A DNA stretch of 64,000 nucleotides from Eledone cirrhosa (GCA_964016885.1 OZ024741.1:249860001-249924000); one strand, 5' to 3'. Counted from the first letter of the stretch, positions 1 through 12,500 are shown. Notes: generated by a model from the sequence alone, not told the origin. Made by a program: numbers and translations.

Positions 1-1239
1 TAATTTCCAGCCGTCCAAGGGGAGATAATATCCAGCCGTCCAAGGAGACATATTTTCCAGCCGTCCAAGGAGAGGTAATTTCTAGCCGTCCAAGGGGAGA
101 TAAGTTCCAGCCTCCAAGGGGAGATAATTTCCAGCCAGCCAAGGGGAGATAATTTGTAAAAAATATCAAGGGGAGATAATTTCCAGCCCTCCAAGGGGCT
201 ATAATTTCCAGCCGTGCAAGGGGAGATAATTTCCAGCCGTCCAAGGGGAGTTAATTTCCATCTTTCCAAGGGGAGATAATTTCCAGCCGTCCAAGGGGAG
301 ATAATTTCCCGCCAGCCAAGGGAAGATAATTTTTTAAAAAATCAGGCGGAGATTGTAAAAAAAATCAGGGGGAGATAATTTGTAAAAAAAATCAGGGGGA
401 GATAATTTGTAAAAAAAATCAGGGGGAGATAATTTGTAAAAAAAATCAGGGGTAGATAATTTTCAGCCGTCCAAGGGGAGATAATTTCCATCCTTCCAAG
501 GGGAGATAATTTCCAGCCGTCCAAGGGGAGATAATTTCCCGCCAGCCAAGGAGAGATAACATTTAAAAAAATCAGGCGGAGATAATTTGTAAAAAAAATC
601 AGGGGGAGATAATTTGTAAAAAAATCAGGGGGAGATAATTTGTAAAAAAAATCAGGGGTAGATAATTTCCAGCCGTCCAAGGGGAGATAATTTCCATCCT
701 TCCAAGGGGAGATAATTTCCAGCCGTCCAAGGGGAGATAATTTCCCGCCAGCCAAGGAGAGATAATATTTAAAAAAATCAGGCGGAGATAATTTGTAAAA
801 AAAATCAGGGGGAGATAATTTGTAAAAAAATCAGGGGGAGATAATTTGTAAAAAAAAATCAGGGGGAGATAATTTGTAAAAAAAATCAGGGGGAGATAAT
901 TTGTAAAAAAAAATCAGGGGTAGATAATTTGTAAAAAAAAATCAGGGGGAGATAATTTGTAAAAAAAAAATCAGGGGGAGATAATTTGTAAAAAAATCAA
1001 GGGGAGATAATTTCCAGCCGTCCAAGGGGAGATAATTTTCAGCCGTCCAAGGAGAGGTAATTTCTAGCCGTCCAAGGGGAGATAATTTCCAGCCGTCCAA
1101 GGGGAGATAATTTTTTTAAAAAAATCAGGCGGAGATAATTTGTAAACAAAAATCAGGGGGAGATAATTTGTAAAAAAAAATCAGGGGGAGATAATTTGTA
1201 AAAAAAAATCAGGGGGAGATAATTTGTAAAAAAAATCAA

Positions 1240-1463
1240 GGGGAGATAATTTCCAGCCGTCCAAGGGGAGGTAATATCTAGCCATCCAAGGGGAGATAAT
1301 TTCCAGCCGTCCAAGGGGAGATAATTTCCAGCCGTCCAAGGGGAGATAATATCCAGCCGTCCAAGGAGACATATTTTCCAGCCGTCCAAGGAGACGTAAT
1401 TTCTAGCCGTCCAAGGGGAGATAAGTTCCAGCCTCCAAGGGGAGATAATTTCCAGCCAGCCAA
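1240..1463 (+). repeat. Block X (example): nine type-A monomers in fixed variant order, 224 bp
   Basis: Order: consensus, GGGGAGGTAATATCTAGCCATCCAA, consensus, consensus, ..AATATCC.., GGAGACATATTTTCC.., GGAGA(G/C)GTAATTTCTAG.., the 24-bp ..AAGTTCCAGCCTCCAA, and ..CCAGCCAGCCAA. It recurs dozens of times and produces the repeated 61-aa pseudo-ORF. Confidence 0.95.
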
Positions 1464-2195
1464 GGGGAGATAATTTGTAAAAAAATTAGGGGGAGATAAT
1501 TTGTAAAAAAAAATTAGGGGGAGATAATTTGTAAAAAAAATCAGGGGGAGATAATTTGTAAAAAAAAATCAGGGGGAGATAATTTGTAAAAAAAATCGAG
1601 GGGAGATAATTTCCAGCCGTCCAAGGGGAGATAATTTTCAGCCGTCCAAGGAGAGGTAAATTCTAGCCGTCCAAGGAGATATAATTTCCAGCCGTCCAAG
1701 GGGAGATAATTTCCAGCCGTCCAAGGGGAGATAATTTTTTAAAAAAAATCAGGCGGAGATAATTTGTAAACAAAAATCAGGGGGAGATAATTTTTTAAAA
1801 AAAATCAGGGGGAGATAATTTGTAAAAAAAAATCAGGGGGAGATAATTTGTAAAAAAAATCAAGGGGAGATAATTTCCAGCCGTCCAAGGGGAGGTAATA
1901 TCTAGCCATCCAAGGGGAGATAATTTCCAGCCGTCCAAGGGGAGATAATTTCCAGCCGTCCAAGGGGAGATAATATCCAGCCGTCCAAGGAGACATATTT
2001 TCCAGCCGTCCAAGGAGAGGTAATTTCTAGCCGTCCAAGGGGAGATAAGTTCCAGCCTCCAAGGGGAGATAATTTCTAGCCAGCCAAGGGGAGATAATTT
2101 GTAAAAAAATCAGGGGGGAGATAATTTGTAAAAAAAATCAGGGGGAGATAATTTGAAAAAAAAATCAGGGGGAGATAATTTGTAAAAAATATCAA

Positions 2196-2345
2196 GGGGA
2201 GATAATTTCCAGCCCTCCAAGGGGCTATAATTTCCAGCCGTGCAAGGGGAGATAATTTCCAGCCGTCCAAGGGGAGATAATTTCCATCCTTCCAAGGGGA
2301 GATAATTTCCAGCCGTCCAAGGGGAGATAATTTCCCGCCAGCCAA
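2196..2345 (+). repeat. Block W (example): rarer six-monomer type-A block, Y-like with two extra diverged monomers
   Basis: Markers are an upstream AAAAAATATCAA, CCAGCCCTCCAA, GGGGCTATAATTTCCAGCCGTGCAA, and a downstream GGGAAGATAA..GGCGGAGATTGT. Copies end at 319, 2345, 20198, 38724, 43138, 50536, 54446, 58805 and 63219. Confidence 0.92.
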
Positions 2346-5300
2346 GGGAAGATAATTTTTTAAAAAATCAGGCGGAGATTGTAAAAAAAATCAGGGGGAG
2401 ATAATTTGTAAAAAAATCAGGGGGAGATAATTTGTAAAAAAAAAATCAGGGGGAGATAATTTGTAAAAAAAAATCAGGGGGAGATAATTTGTAAAAAAAA
2501 TCAGGGGGAGATAATTTGTAAAAAAAATCAGGGGTAGATAATTTGTAAAAAAAATCAGGGGGAGATAATTTGTAAAAAAAATCAGGGGGAGATAATTTGT
2601 AAAAAAAATCAGGGGTAGATAATTTTCAGCCGTCCAAGGGGAGATAATTTCCATCCTTCCAAGGGGAGATAATTTCCAGCCGTCCAAGGGGAGATAATTT
2701 CCCGCCAGCCAAGGAGAGATAACATTTAAAAAAATCAGGCGGAGATAATTTGTAAAAAAATCAGGGGGAGATAATTTGTAAAAAAAAATCAGGGGTAGAT
2801 AATTTCCAGCCGTCCAAGGGGAGATAATTTCCATCCTTCCAAGGGGAGATAATTTCCAGCCGTCCAAGGGGAGATAATTTCCCGCCAGCCAAGGAGAGAT
2901 AATATTTAAAAAAATCAGGCGGAGATAATTTGTAAAAAAAATCAGGGGGAGATAATTTGTAAAAAAATCAGGGGGAGATAATTTGTAAAAAAAAATCAGG
3001 GGGAGATAATTTGTAAAAAAAAATCAGGGGGAGATAATTTGTAAAAAAAAATCAGGGGTAGATAATTTGTAAAAAAAAATCAGGGTGAGATAATTTGTAA
3101 AAGAAAAATCAGGGGGAGATAATTTGTAAAAAAATCAAGGGGAGATAATTTCCAGCCGTCCAAGGGGAGATAATTTTCAGCCGTCCAAGGAGAGGTAATT
3201 TCTAGCCGTCCAAGGGGAGATAATTTCCAGCCGTCCAAGGGGAGATAATTTTTTTAAAAAAATCAGGCGGAGATAATTTGTAAACAAAAATCAGGGGGAG
3301 ATAATTTGTAAAAAAAAATCAGGGGGAGATAATTTGTAAAAAAAAATCAGGGGGAGATAATTTGTAAAAAAAATCAAGGGGAGATAATTTGTCAAAAAAA
3401 ATCAGGGGTAGATAATTTGTAAAAAAAAATCAGGGGGAGATAATTTGTAAAAAAAAAATCAGGGGGAGATAATTTGTAAAAAAATCAAGGGGAGATAATT
3501 TCCAGCCGTCCAAGGGGAGATAATTTTCAGCCGTCCAAGGAGAGGTAATTTCTAGCCGTCCAAGGGGAGATAATTTCCAGCCAGCCAAGGGGAGATAATT
3601 TGTAAAAAAATCAGGGGTAGATAATTTGTAAAAAAAAATCAGGGGGAGATAATTTGTAAAAAAAATCAGGGGGAGATAATTTGTAAAAAAAATCAGGGGT
3701 AGATAATTTCCAGCCGTCCAAGGGGAGATAATTTCCATCCTTCCAAGGGGAGATAATTTCCAGCCGTCCAAGGGGAGATAATTTCCCGCCAGCCAAGGAG
3801 AGATAACATTTAAAAAAATCAGGCGGAGATAATTTGTAAAAAAAATCAGGGGGAGATAATTTGTAAAAAAATCAGGGGGAGATAATTTGTAAAAAAAATC
3901 AGGGGTAGATAATTTCCAGCCGTCCAAGGGGAGATAATTTCCATCCTTCCAAGGGGAGATAATTTCCAGCCGTCCAAGGGGAGATAATTTCCCGCCAGCC
4001 AAGGAGAGATAATATTTAAAAAAATCAGGCGGAGATAATTTGTAAAAAAAATCAGGGGGAGATAATTTGTAAAAAAATCAGGGGGAGATAATTTGTAAAA
4101 AAAAATCAGGGGAGATAATTTGTAAAAAAAATCAGGGGGAGATAATTTGTAAAAAAAAATCAGGGGTAGATAATTTGTAAAAAAAAATCAGGGGGAGATA
4201 ATTTGTAAAAAAAAAATCAGGGGGAGATAATTTGTAAAAAAATTAAGGGCAGATACTTTCCAGCCGTCCAAGGGGAGATAATTTTCAGCCGTCCAAGGAG
4301 GTAATTTCTAGCCGTCCAAGGGGAGATAATTTCCAGCCGTCCAAGGGGAGATAATTTTTTTTAAAAAATCAGGCGGAGATAATTTGTAAACAAAAATCAG
4401 GGGGAGATAATTTGTAAAAAAAAATCAGGGGGAGATAATTTGTAAAAAAAAATCAGGGGGAGATAATTTGTAAAAAAAATCAAGGGGAGATAATTTCCAG
4501 CCGTCCAAGGGGAGGTAATATCTAGCCATCCAAGGGGAGATAATTTCCAGCCGTCCAAGGGGAGATAATTTCCAGCCGTCCAAGGGGAGATAATATCCAG
4601 CCGTCCAAGGAGACATATTTTCCAGCCGTCCAAGGAGAGGTAATTTCTAGCCGTCCAAGGGGAGATAAGTTCCAGCCTCCAAGGGGAGATAATTTCCAGC
4701 CAGCCAAGGGGAGATAATTTGTAAAAAAATCAGGGGGAGATAATTTGTAAAAAAAAAATCAGGGGCAGATAATTTGTAAAAAAATCAGGGGGAGATAATT
4801 TGTAAAAAAAATCAGGGGGAGATAATTTGTAGAAAAAATCAGGGGTAGATAATTTGTAAAAAAAATCAGGGGGAGATAATTTGTAAAAAAAATCAGGGGG
4901 AGATAATTTGTAAAAAAAATCAGGGGTAGATAATTTTCAGCCGTCCAAGGGGAGATAATTTCCATCCTTCCAAGGGGAGATAATTTCCAGCCGTCCAAGG
5001 GGAGATAATTTCCCGCCAGCCAAGGAGAGATAACATTTTAAAAAATCAGGCGGAGATAATTTGTAAAAAAAATCAGGGGGAGATAATTTGTAAAAAAATC
5101 AGGGGGAGATAATTTGTAAAAAAAAATCAGGGGGAGATAATTTGTAAAAAAAATCAGGGGGAGATAATTTGTAAAAAAAATCAGGGGTAGATAATTTGTA
5201 AAAAAAAATCAGGGGGAGATAATTTGTAAAAAAAAAATCAGGGGGAGATAATTTGTAAAAAAATCAAGGGGAGATAATTTCCAGCCGTCCAAGGGGAGAT

Positions 5301-8300
5301 AATTTTCAGCCGTCCAAGGAGAGGTAATTTCTAGCCGTCCAAGGGGAGATAATTTCCAGCCGTCCAAGGGGAGATAATTTTTTTTAAAAAATCAGGCGGA
5401 GATAATTTGTAAACAAAAATCAGGGGGAGATAATTTGTAAAAAAAAATCAGGGGGAGATAATTTGTAAAAAAAAATCAGGGGGAGATAATTTGTAAAAAA
5501 AATCAAGGGGAGATAATTTCCAGCCGTCCAAGGGGAGGTAATATCTAGCCATCCAAGGGGAGATAATTTCCAGCCGTCCAAGGGGAGATATTTTCCAGCC
5601 GTCCAAGGAGAGGTAATTTCTAGCCGTCCAAGGGGAGATAAGTTCCTGCCTCCAAGGGGAGATAATTTCCAGCCAGCCAAGGGGAGATAATTTGTAAAAA
5701 AATCAGGGGGAGATAATTTGTAAAAAAAAAATCAGGGGGAGATAATTTGTAAAAAAATCAGGGGGAGATAATTTGTAAAAAAAAAATCAGGGGGAGATAA
5801 TTTGTAAAAAAAATCAGGGGGAGATAATTTGTAAAAAAAATCAGGGGTAGATAATTTGTAAAAAAAATCAGGGGGAGATAATTTGTAAAAAAAATCAGGG
5901 GGAGATAATTTGTAAAAAAATCAGGGGTAGATAATTTTCAGCCCTCCAAGGGGAGATAATTTCCAGCCGTCCAAGGGGAGATAATTTCCCGCCAGCCAAG
6001 GAGAGATAACATTTAAAAAAATCAGGCGGAGATAATTTGTAAAAAAAATCAGGGGGAGATAATTTGTAAAAAAATTAGGGGGAGATAATTTGTAAAAAAA
6101 ATCAGGGGTAGATAATTTCCAGCCGTCCAAGGGGAGATAATTTCCATCCTTCCAAGGGGAGATAATTTCCAGCCGTCCAAGGGGAGATAATTTCCCGCCA
6201 GCCAAGGAGAGATAATATTTAAAAAAATCAGGAGGAGATAATTTGTAAAAAAAATCAGGGGGAGATAATTTGTAAAAAAATCAGGGGGAGATAATTTGTA
6301 AAAAAAAATCAGGGGGAGATAATTTGTAAAAAAAATCAGGGGGAGATAATTTGTAAAAAAAATCAGGTGTAGATAATTTGTAAAAAAAAATCAGGGGGAG
6401 ATAATTTGTAAAAAAAAATCAGGGGGAGATAATTTGTAAAAAAATCAAGGGGAGATAATTTCCAGCCGTCCAAGGGGAGATAATTTTCAGCCGTCCAAGG
6501 AGAGGTAATTTCTAGCCGTCCAAGGGGAGATAATTTCCAGCCGTCCAAGGGGAGATAATTTTTTTTAAAAAATCAGGCGGAGATAATTTGTAAACAAAAA
6601 TCAGGGGCAGATAATTTGTAAAAAAAAATCAGGGGGAGATAATTTGTAAAAAAAAATCAGGGGGAGATAATTTGTAAAAAAAATCAAGGGGAGATAATTT
6701 CCAGCCATCCAAGGGGAGGTAATATCTAGCCATCCAAGGGGAGATAATTTCCAGCCGTCCAAGGGGAGATAATTTCCAGCCGTCCAAGGGGAGATAATAT
6801 CCAGCCGTCCAAGGAGACATATTTTCCAGCCGTCCAAGGAGACGTAATTTCTAGCCGTCCAAGGGGAGATAAGTTCCAGCCTCCAAGGGGAGATAATTTC
6901 CAGCCAGCCAAGGGGAGATAATTTGTAAAAAAAAATTAGGGGGAGATAATTTGTAAAAAAAAATCAGGGGGAGATAATTTGTAAAAAAAAATCAGGGGGA
7001 GATAATTTGTAAAAAAAAATCAGGGGGAGATAATTTGTAAAAAAAAAATCAGGCGGAGATAATTTGTAAAAAAATCAAGGGGAGATAATTTCCAGCCGTC
7101 CAAGGGGAGATAATTTTCAGCCGTCCAAGGAGAGGTAATTTCTAGCCGTCCAAGGGGAGATAATTTCCAGCCGTCCAAGGGGAGATAATTTTTTTAAAAA
7201 AATCAGGCGGAGATAATTTGTAAACAAAAATCAGGGGGAGATAATTTGTAAAAAAAAATCAGGGGGAGATAATTTGTAAAAAAAATCAGGGGGAGATAAT
7301 TTGTAAAAAAATCAAGGGGAGATAATTTGTAAAAAAAAATCAGGGGTAGATAATTTGTAAAAAAAAATCAGGGGGAGATAATTTGTAAAAAAAAAATCAG
7401 GGGGAGATAATTTGTAAAAAAATCAAGGGGAGATAATTTCCAGCCGTCCAAGGGGAGATAATTTTAAGCCGTCCAAGGAGAGGTAATTTCTAGCCGTCCA
7501 AGGGGAGATAATTTCCAGCCAGCCAAGGGGAGATAATTTGTAAAAAAATCAGGGGTAGATAATTTGTAAAAAAAAATCAGGGGGAGATAATTTGTAAAAA
7601 AAATCAGGGGGAGATAATTTGTAAAAAAAATCAGGGGTAGATAATTTCCAGCCGTCCAAGGGGAGATAATTTCCATCCTTCCAAGGGGAGATAATTTCCA
7701 GCCGTCCAAGGGGAGATAATTTCCCGCCAGCCAAGGAGAGATAACATTTAAAAAAATCAGGCGGAGATAATTTGTAAAAAAAATCAGGGGGAGATAATTT
7801 GTAAAAAAATCAGGGGGAGATAATTTGTAAAAAAAATCAGGGGTAGATAATTTCCAGCCGTCCAAGGGGAGATAATTTCCATCCTTCCAAGGGGAGATAA
7901 TTTCCAGCCGTCCAAGGGGAGATAATTTCCCGCCAGCCAAGGAGAGATAATATTTAAAAAAATCAGGCGGAGATAATTTGTAAAAAAAATCAGGGGGAGA
8001 TAATTTGTAAAAAAATCAGGGGGAGATAATTTGTAAAAAAAAATCAGGGGAGATAATTTGTAAAAAAAATCAGGGGGTGATAATTTGTAAAAAAAATCAG
8101 GGGTAGATAATTTGTAAAAAAAAATCAGGGGGAGTTAATTTGTAAAAAAAAAATCAGGGGGAGATAATTTGTAAAAAAATCAAGGGGAGATAATTTCCAA
8201 CCGTCCAAGGGGAGATAATTTTCAGCCGTCCAAGGAGGTAATTTCTAGCCGTCCAAGGGGAGATAATTTCCAGCCGTCCAAGGGGAGATAATTTTTTTAA

Positions 8301-8859
8301 AAAAATCAGGCGGAGATAATTTGTAAACAAAAATCAGGGGAGATAATTTGTAAAAAAAAATCAGGGGGAGATAATTTGTAAAAAAATCAAGGGGAGATAA
8401 TTTCCAGCCGTCCAAGGGGAGGTAATATCTAGCCATCCAAAGGGAGATAATTTCCAGCCGTCCAAGGGGAGATAATTTCCAGCCGTCCAAGGGGAGATAA
8501 TATCCAGCCGTCCAAGGAGACATATTTTCCAGCCGTCCAAGGAGAGGTAATTTCTAGCCGTCCAAGGGGAGATAAGTTCCAGCCTCCAAGGGGAGATAAT
8601 TTCCAGCCAGCCAAGGGGAGATAATTTGTAAAAAAATCAGGGGGAGATAATTTGTAAAAAAAAAATCAGGGGGAGATAATTTGTAAAAAAATCAGGGGGA
8701 GATAATTTGTAAAAAAAAAATCAGGGGGAGATAATTTGTAAAAAAAATCAGGGGGAGATAATTTGTAGAAAAAATCAGGGGTTGATAATTTGTAAAAAAA
8801 ATCAGGGGGAGATAATTTGTAAAAAAAATCAGGGGGAGATAATTTGTAAAAGAAATCAG

Positions 8860-9165
8860 GGGTAGATAATTTTCAGTCGTCCAAGGGGAGATAATTTCCA
8901 TCCTTCCAAGGGGAGATAATTTCCAGCCGTCCAAGGGGAGATAATTTCCCGCCAGCCAAGGAGAGATAACATTTAAAAAAATCAGGCGGAGATAATTTGT
9001 AAAAAAAATCAGGGGGAGATAATTTGTAAAAAAATCAGGGGGAGATAATTTGTAAAAAAAATCAGGGGTAGATAATTTCCAGCCGTCCAAGGGGAGATAA
9101 TTTCCATCCTTCCAAGGGGAGATAATTTCCAGCCGTCCAAGGGGAGATAATTTCCCGCCAGCCAA
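8860..9165 (+). repeat. Blocks Y1 (8860-8959) and Y2 (9066-9165): two 4-monomer type-A blocks forming a 206-bp internal duplication within the HOR
   Basis: Both read GGGTAGAT.., ..CCATCCTTCCAA, consensus, ..CCCGCCAGCCAA. Y1 is followed by GGAGAGATAACATTT and Y2 by GGAGAGATAATATTT. Offset is 206 bp (also 3796>4002 and 12068>12274). Confidence 0.93.
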
Positions 9166-9409
9166 GGAGAGATAATATTTAAAAAAATCAGGCGGAGATA
9201 ATTTGTAAAAAAAATCAGGGGGAGATAATTTGTAAAAAAATCAGGGGGAGATAATTTGTAAAAAAAAATCAGGGGGAGATAATTTGTAAAAAAAATCAGG
9301 GGGAGATAATTTGTAAAAAAAATCAGGGGTAGATAATTTGTAAAAAAAAATCAGGGGGAGATAATTTGTAAAAAAAAAATCAGGGGGAGATAATTTGTAA
9401 AAAAATCAA

Positions 9410-9509
9410 GGTGAGATAATTTCCAGCCGTCCAAGGGGAGATAATTTTCAGCCGTCCAAGGAGAGGTAATTGCTAGCCGTCCAAGGGGAGATAATTTCCA
9501 GCCGTCCAA
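9410..9509 (+). repeat. Block Z (example): four type-A monomers followed by the T/A-tract junction monomer and the GGCGGAGATAATTTGTAAACAAAAATCA monomer
   Basis: Order: near-consensus, ..ATTTTCAG.., GGAGAGGTAATT(T/G)CTAG.., consensus. It lies about five B monomers upstream of most X blocks. Confidence 0.92.
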
Positions 9510-12500
9510 GGGGAGATAATTTTTTTAAAAAAATCAGGCGGAGATAATTTGTAAACAAAAATTAGGGGGAGATAATTTGTAAAAAAAAATCAGGGGGAGA
9601 TAATTTGTAAAAAAAAATCAGGGGGAGATAATTTGTAAAAAAAATCAAGGGGAGATAATTTCCAGCCGTCCAAGGGGAGGTAATATCTAGCCATCCAAGG
9701 GGAGATAATTTCCAGCCGTCCAAGGGGAGATAATTTCCAGCCGTCCAAGGGGAGATAATATCCAGCCGTCCAAGGAGACATATTTTCCAGCCGTCCAAGG
9801 AGAGGTAATTTCTAGCCGTCCAAGGGGAGATAAGTTCCAGCCTCCAAGGGGAGATAATTTCCAGCCAGCCAAGGGGAGATAATTTGTAAAAAAATCAGGG
9901 GGAGATAATTTGTAAAAAAAAATCAGGGGGAGATAATTTGTAAAAAAATCAGGGGGAGATAATTTGTAAAAAAAAAATCAGGGGGAGATAATTTGTAAAA
10001 AAAATCAGGGGGAGATAATTTGTAAAAAAATCAGGGGTAGATAATTTGTAAAAAAAATCAGGGGGAGATAATTTGTAAAAAAAATCAGGGGGAGATAATT
10101 TGTAAAAAAAATCAGGGGTAGATAATTTTCAGCCGTCCAAGGGGAGATAATTTCCATCCTTCCAAGGGGAGATAATTTCCAGCCGTCCAAGGGGAGATAA
10201 TTTCCCGCCAGCCAAGGAGAGATAACATTTAAAAAAATCAGGCGGAGATAATTTGTAAAAAAATCAGGGGGAGATAATTTATAAAAAAAAATCAGGGGGA
10301 GATAATTTGTAAAAAAAATCAGGGGGAGATAATTTGTAAAAAAAAATCAGGGGTAGATAATTTGTAAAAAAAAATCAGGGGGAGATAATTTGTAAAAAAA
10401 AATCAGGGGGAGATAATTTGTAAAAAAATCAAGGGGAGATAATTTCCAGCCGTCCAAGGGGAGATAATTTTCAGCCGTCCAAGGAGAGGTAATTTCTAGC
10501 CGTCCAAGGGGAGATAATTTCCAGCCGTCCAAGGGGAGATAATTTTTTTAAAAAAATCAGGCGGAGATAATTTGTAAACAAAAATCAGGGGGAGATAATT
10601 TGTAAAAAAAAATCAGGGGGAGATAATTTGTAAAAAAAAATCAGGGGGAGATGATTTGTAAAAAAAATCAAGGGGAGATAATTTCCAGCCGTCCAAGGGG
10701 AGGTAATATCTAGCCATCCAAGGGGAGATAATTTCCAGCCGTCCAAGGGGAGATAATTTCCAGCCGTCCAAGGGGAGATAATATCCAGCCGTCCAAGGAG
10801 ACATATTTTCCAGCCGTCCAAGGAGACGTAATTTCTAGCCGTCCAAGGGGAGATAAGTTCCAGCCTCCAAGGGGAGATAATTTCCAGCCAGCCAAGGGGA
10901 GATAATTTGTAAAAAAATCAGGGGAGATAATTTGTAAAAAAAATCAGGGGGAGATAATTTGTAAAAAAAAATCAGGGGTAGATAATTTGTAAAAAAAATC
11001 AGGGGGAGATAATTTGTAAAAAAAAAATCAGGGGGAGATAATTTGTAAAAAAATCAAGGGGAGATAATTTCCAACCGTCCAAGGGGAGATAATTTTCAGC
11101 CGTCCAAGGAGGTAATTTCTAGCCGTCCAAGGGGAGATAATTTCCAGCCGTCAAAGGGGAGATAATTTTTTTAAAAAAATCAGGCGGAGATATTTTGTAA
11201 ACAAAAATCAGGGGGAGATAATTTGTAAAAAAAAATCAGGGGGAGATAATTTGTAAAAAAAATCAGGGGGAGATAATTTGTAAAAAAAATCAAGGGGAGA
11301 TAATTTCCAGCCGTCCAAGGGGAGGTAATATCTAGCCATCCAAAGGGAGATAATTTCCAGCCGTCCAAGGGGAGATAATTTCCAGCCGTCCAAGGGGAGA
11401 TAATATCCAGCCGTCCAAGGAGACATATTTTCCAGCCGTCCAAGGAGAGGTAATTTCTAGCCGTCCAAGGGGAGATAAGTTCCAGCCTCCAAGGGGAGAT
11501 AATTTCCAGCCAGCCAAGGGGAGATAATTTGTAAAAAAATCAGGGGGAGATAATTTGTAAAAAAAAAATCAGGGGGAGATAATTTGTAAAAAAATCAGGG
11601 GGAGATAATTTGTAAAAAAAAAATCAGGGGGATATAATTTGTAAAAAAAATCAGGGGGAGATAATTTGTAGAAAAAATCAGGGGTAGATAATTTGTAAAA
11701 AAAATCAGGGGGAGATAATTTGTAAAAAAAATCAGGGGGAGATAATTTGTAAAAAAAATCAGGGGTAGATAATTTTCAGCCGTCCAAGGGGAGATAATTT
11801 CCATCCTTCCAAGGGGAGATAATTTCCAGCCGTCCAAGGGGAGATAATTTCCCGCCAGCCAAGGAGAGATAACATTTAAAAAAATCAGGCGGAGATAATT
11901 TGTAAAAAAAATCAGGGGGAGATAATTTGTAAAAAAATCAGGGGGAGATAATTTGTAAAAAAAATCAGGGGTAGATAATTTCCAGCCGTCCAAGGGGAGA
12001 TAATTTCCATCCTTCCAAGGGGAGATAATTTCCAGCCGTCCAAGGGGAGATAATTTCCCGCCAGCCAAGGAGAGATAACATTTAAAAAAATCAGGCGGAG
12101 ATAATTTGTAAAAAAAATCAGGGGGAGATAATTTGTAAAAAAATCAGGGGGAGATAATTTGTAAAAAAAATCAGGGGTAGATAATTTCCAGCCGTCCAAG
12201 GGGAGATAATTTCCATCCTTCCAAGGGGAGATAATTTCCAGCCGTCCAAGGGGAGATAATTTCCCGCCAGCCAAGGAGAGATAATATTTAAAAAAATCAG
12301 GCGGAGATAATTTGTAAAAAAAATCAGGGGGAGATAATTTGTAAAAAAATCAGGGGGAGATAATTTGTAAAAAAAAATCAGGGGAGATAATTTGTAAAAA
12401 AAATCAGGGGGAGATAATTTGTAAAAAAAAATCAGGGGTAGATAATTTGTAAAAAAAAATCAGGGGGAGATAATTTGTAAAAAAAAAATCAGGGGGAGAT

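Larger units (their letters stand above)
8391..9648 (+). repeat. Representative canonical higher-order repeat unit, 1,258 bp: X(9A)-9B-Y1(4A)-4B-Y2(4A)-9B-Z(4A)-5B = 48 monomers
   Basis: Parsed directly. The spacing between X-block ends is 1,256-1,258 bp at 8614>9872, 14077>15334, 39427>40683>41940, 44044>45301, 55093>56349>57607 and 59508>60764>62021. Confidence 0.93.
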
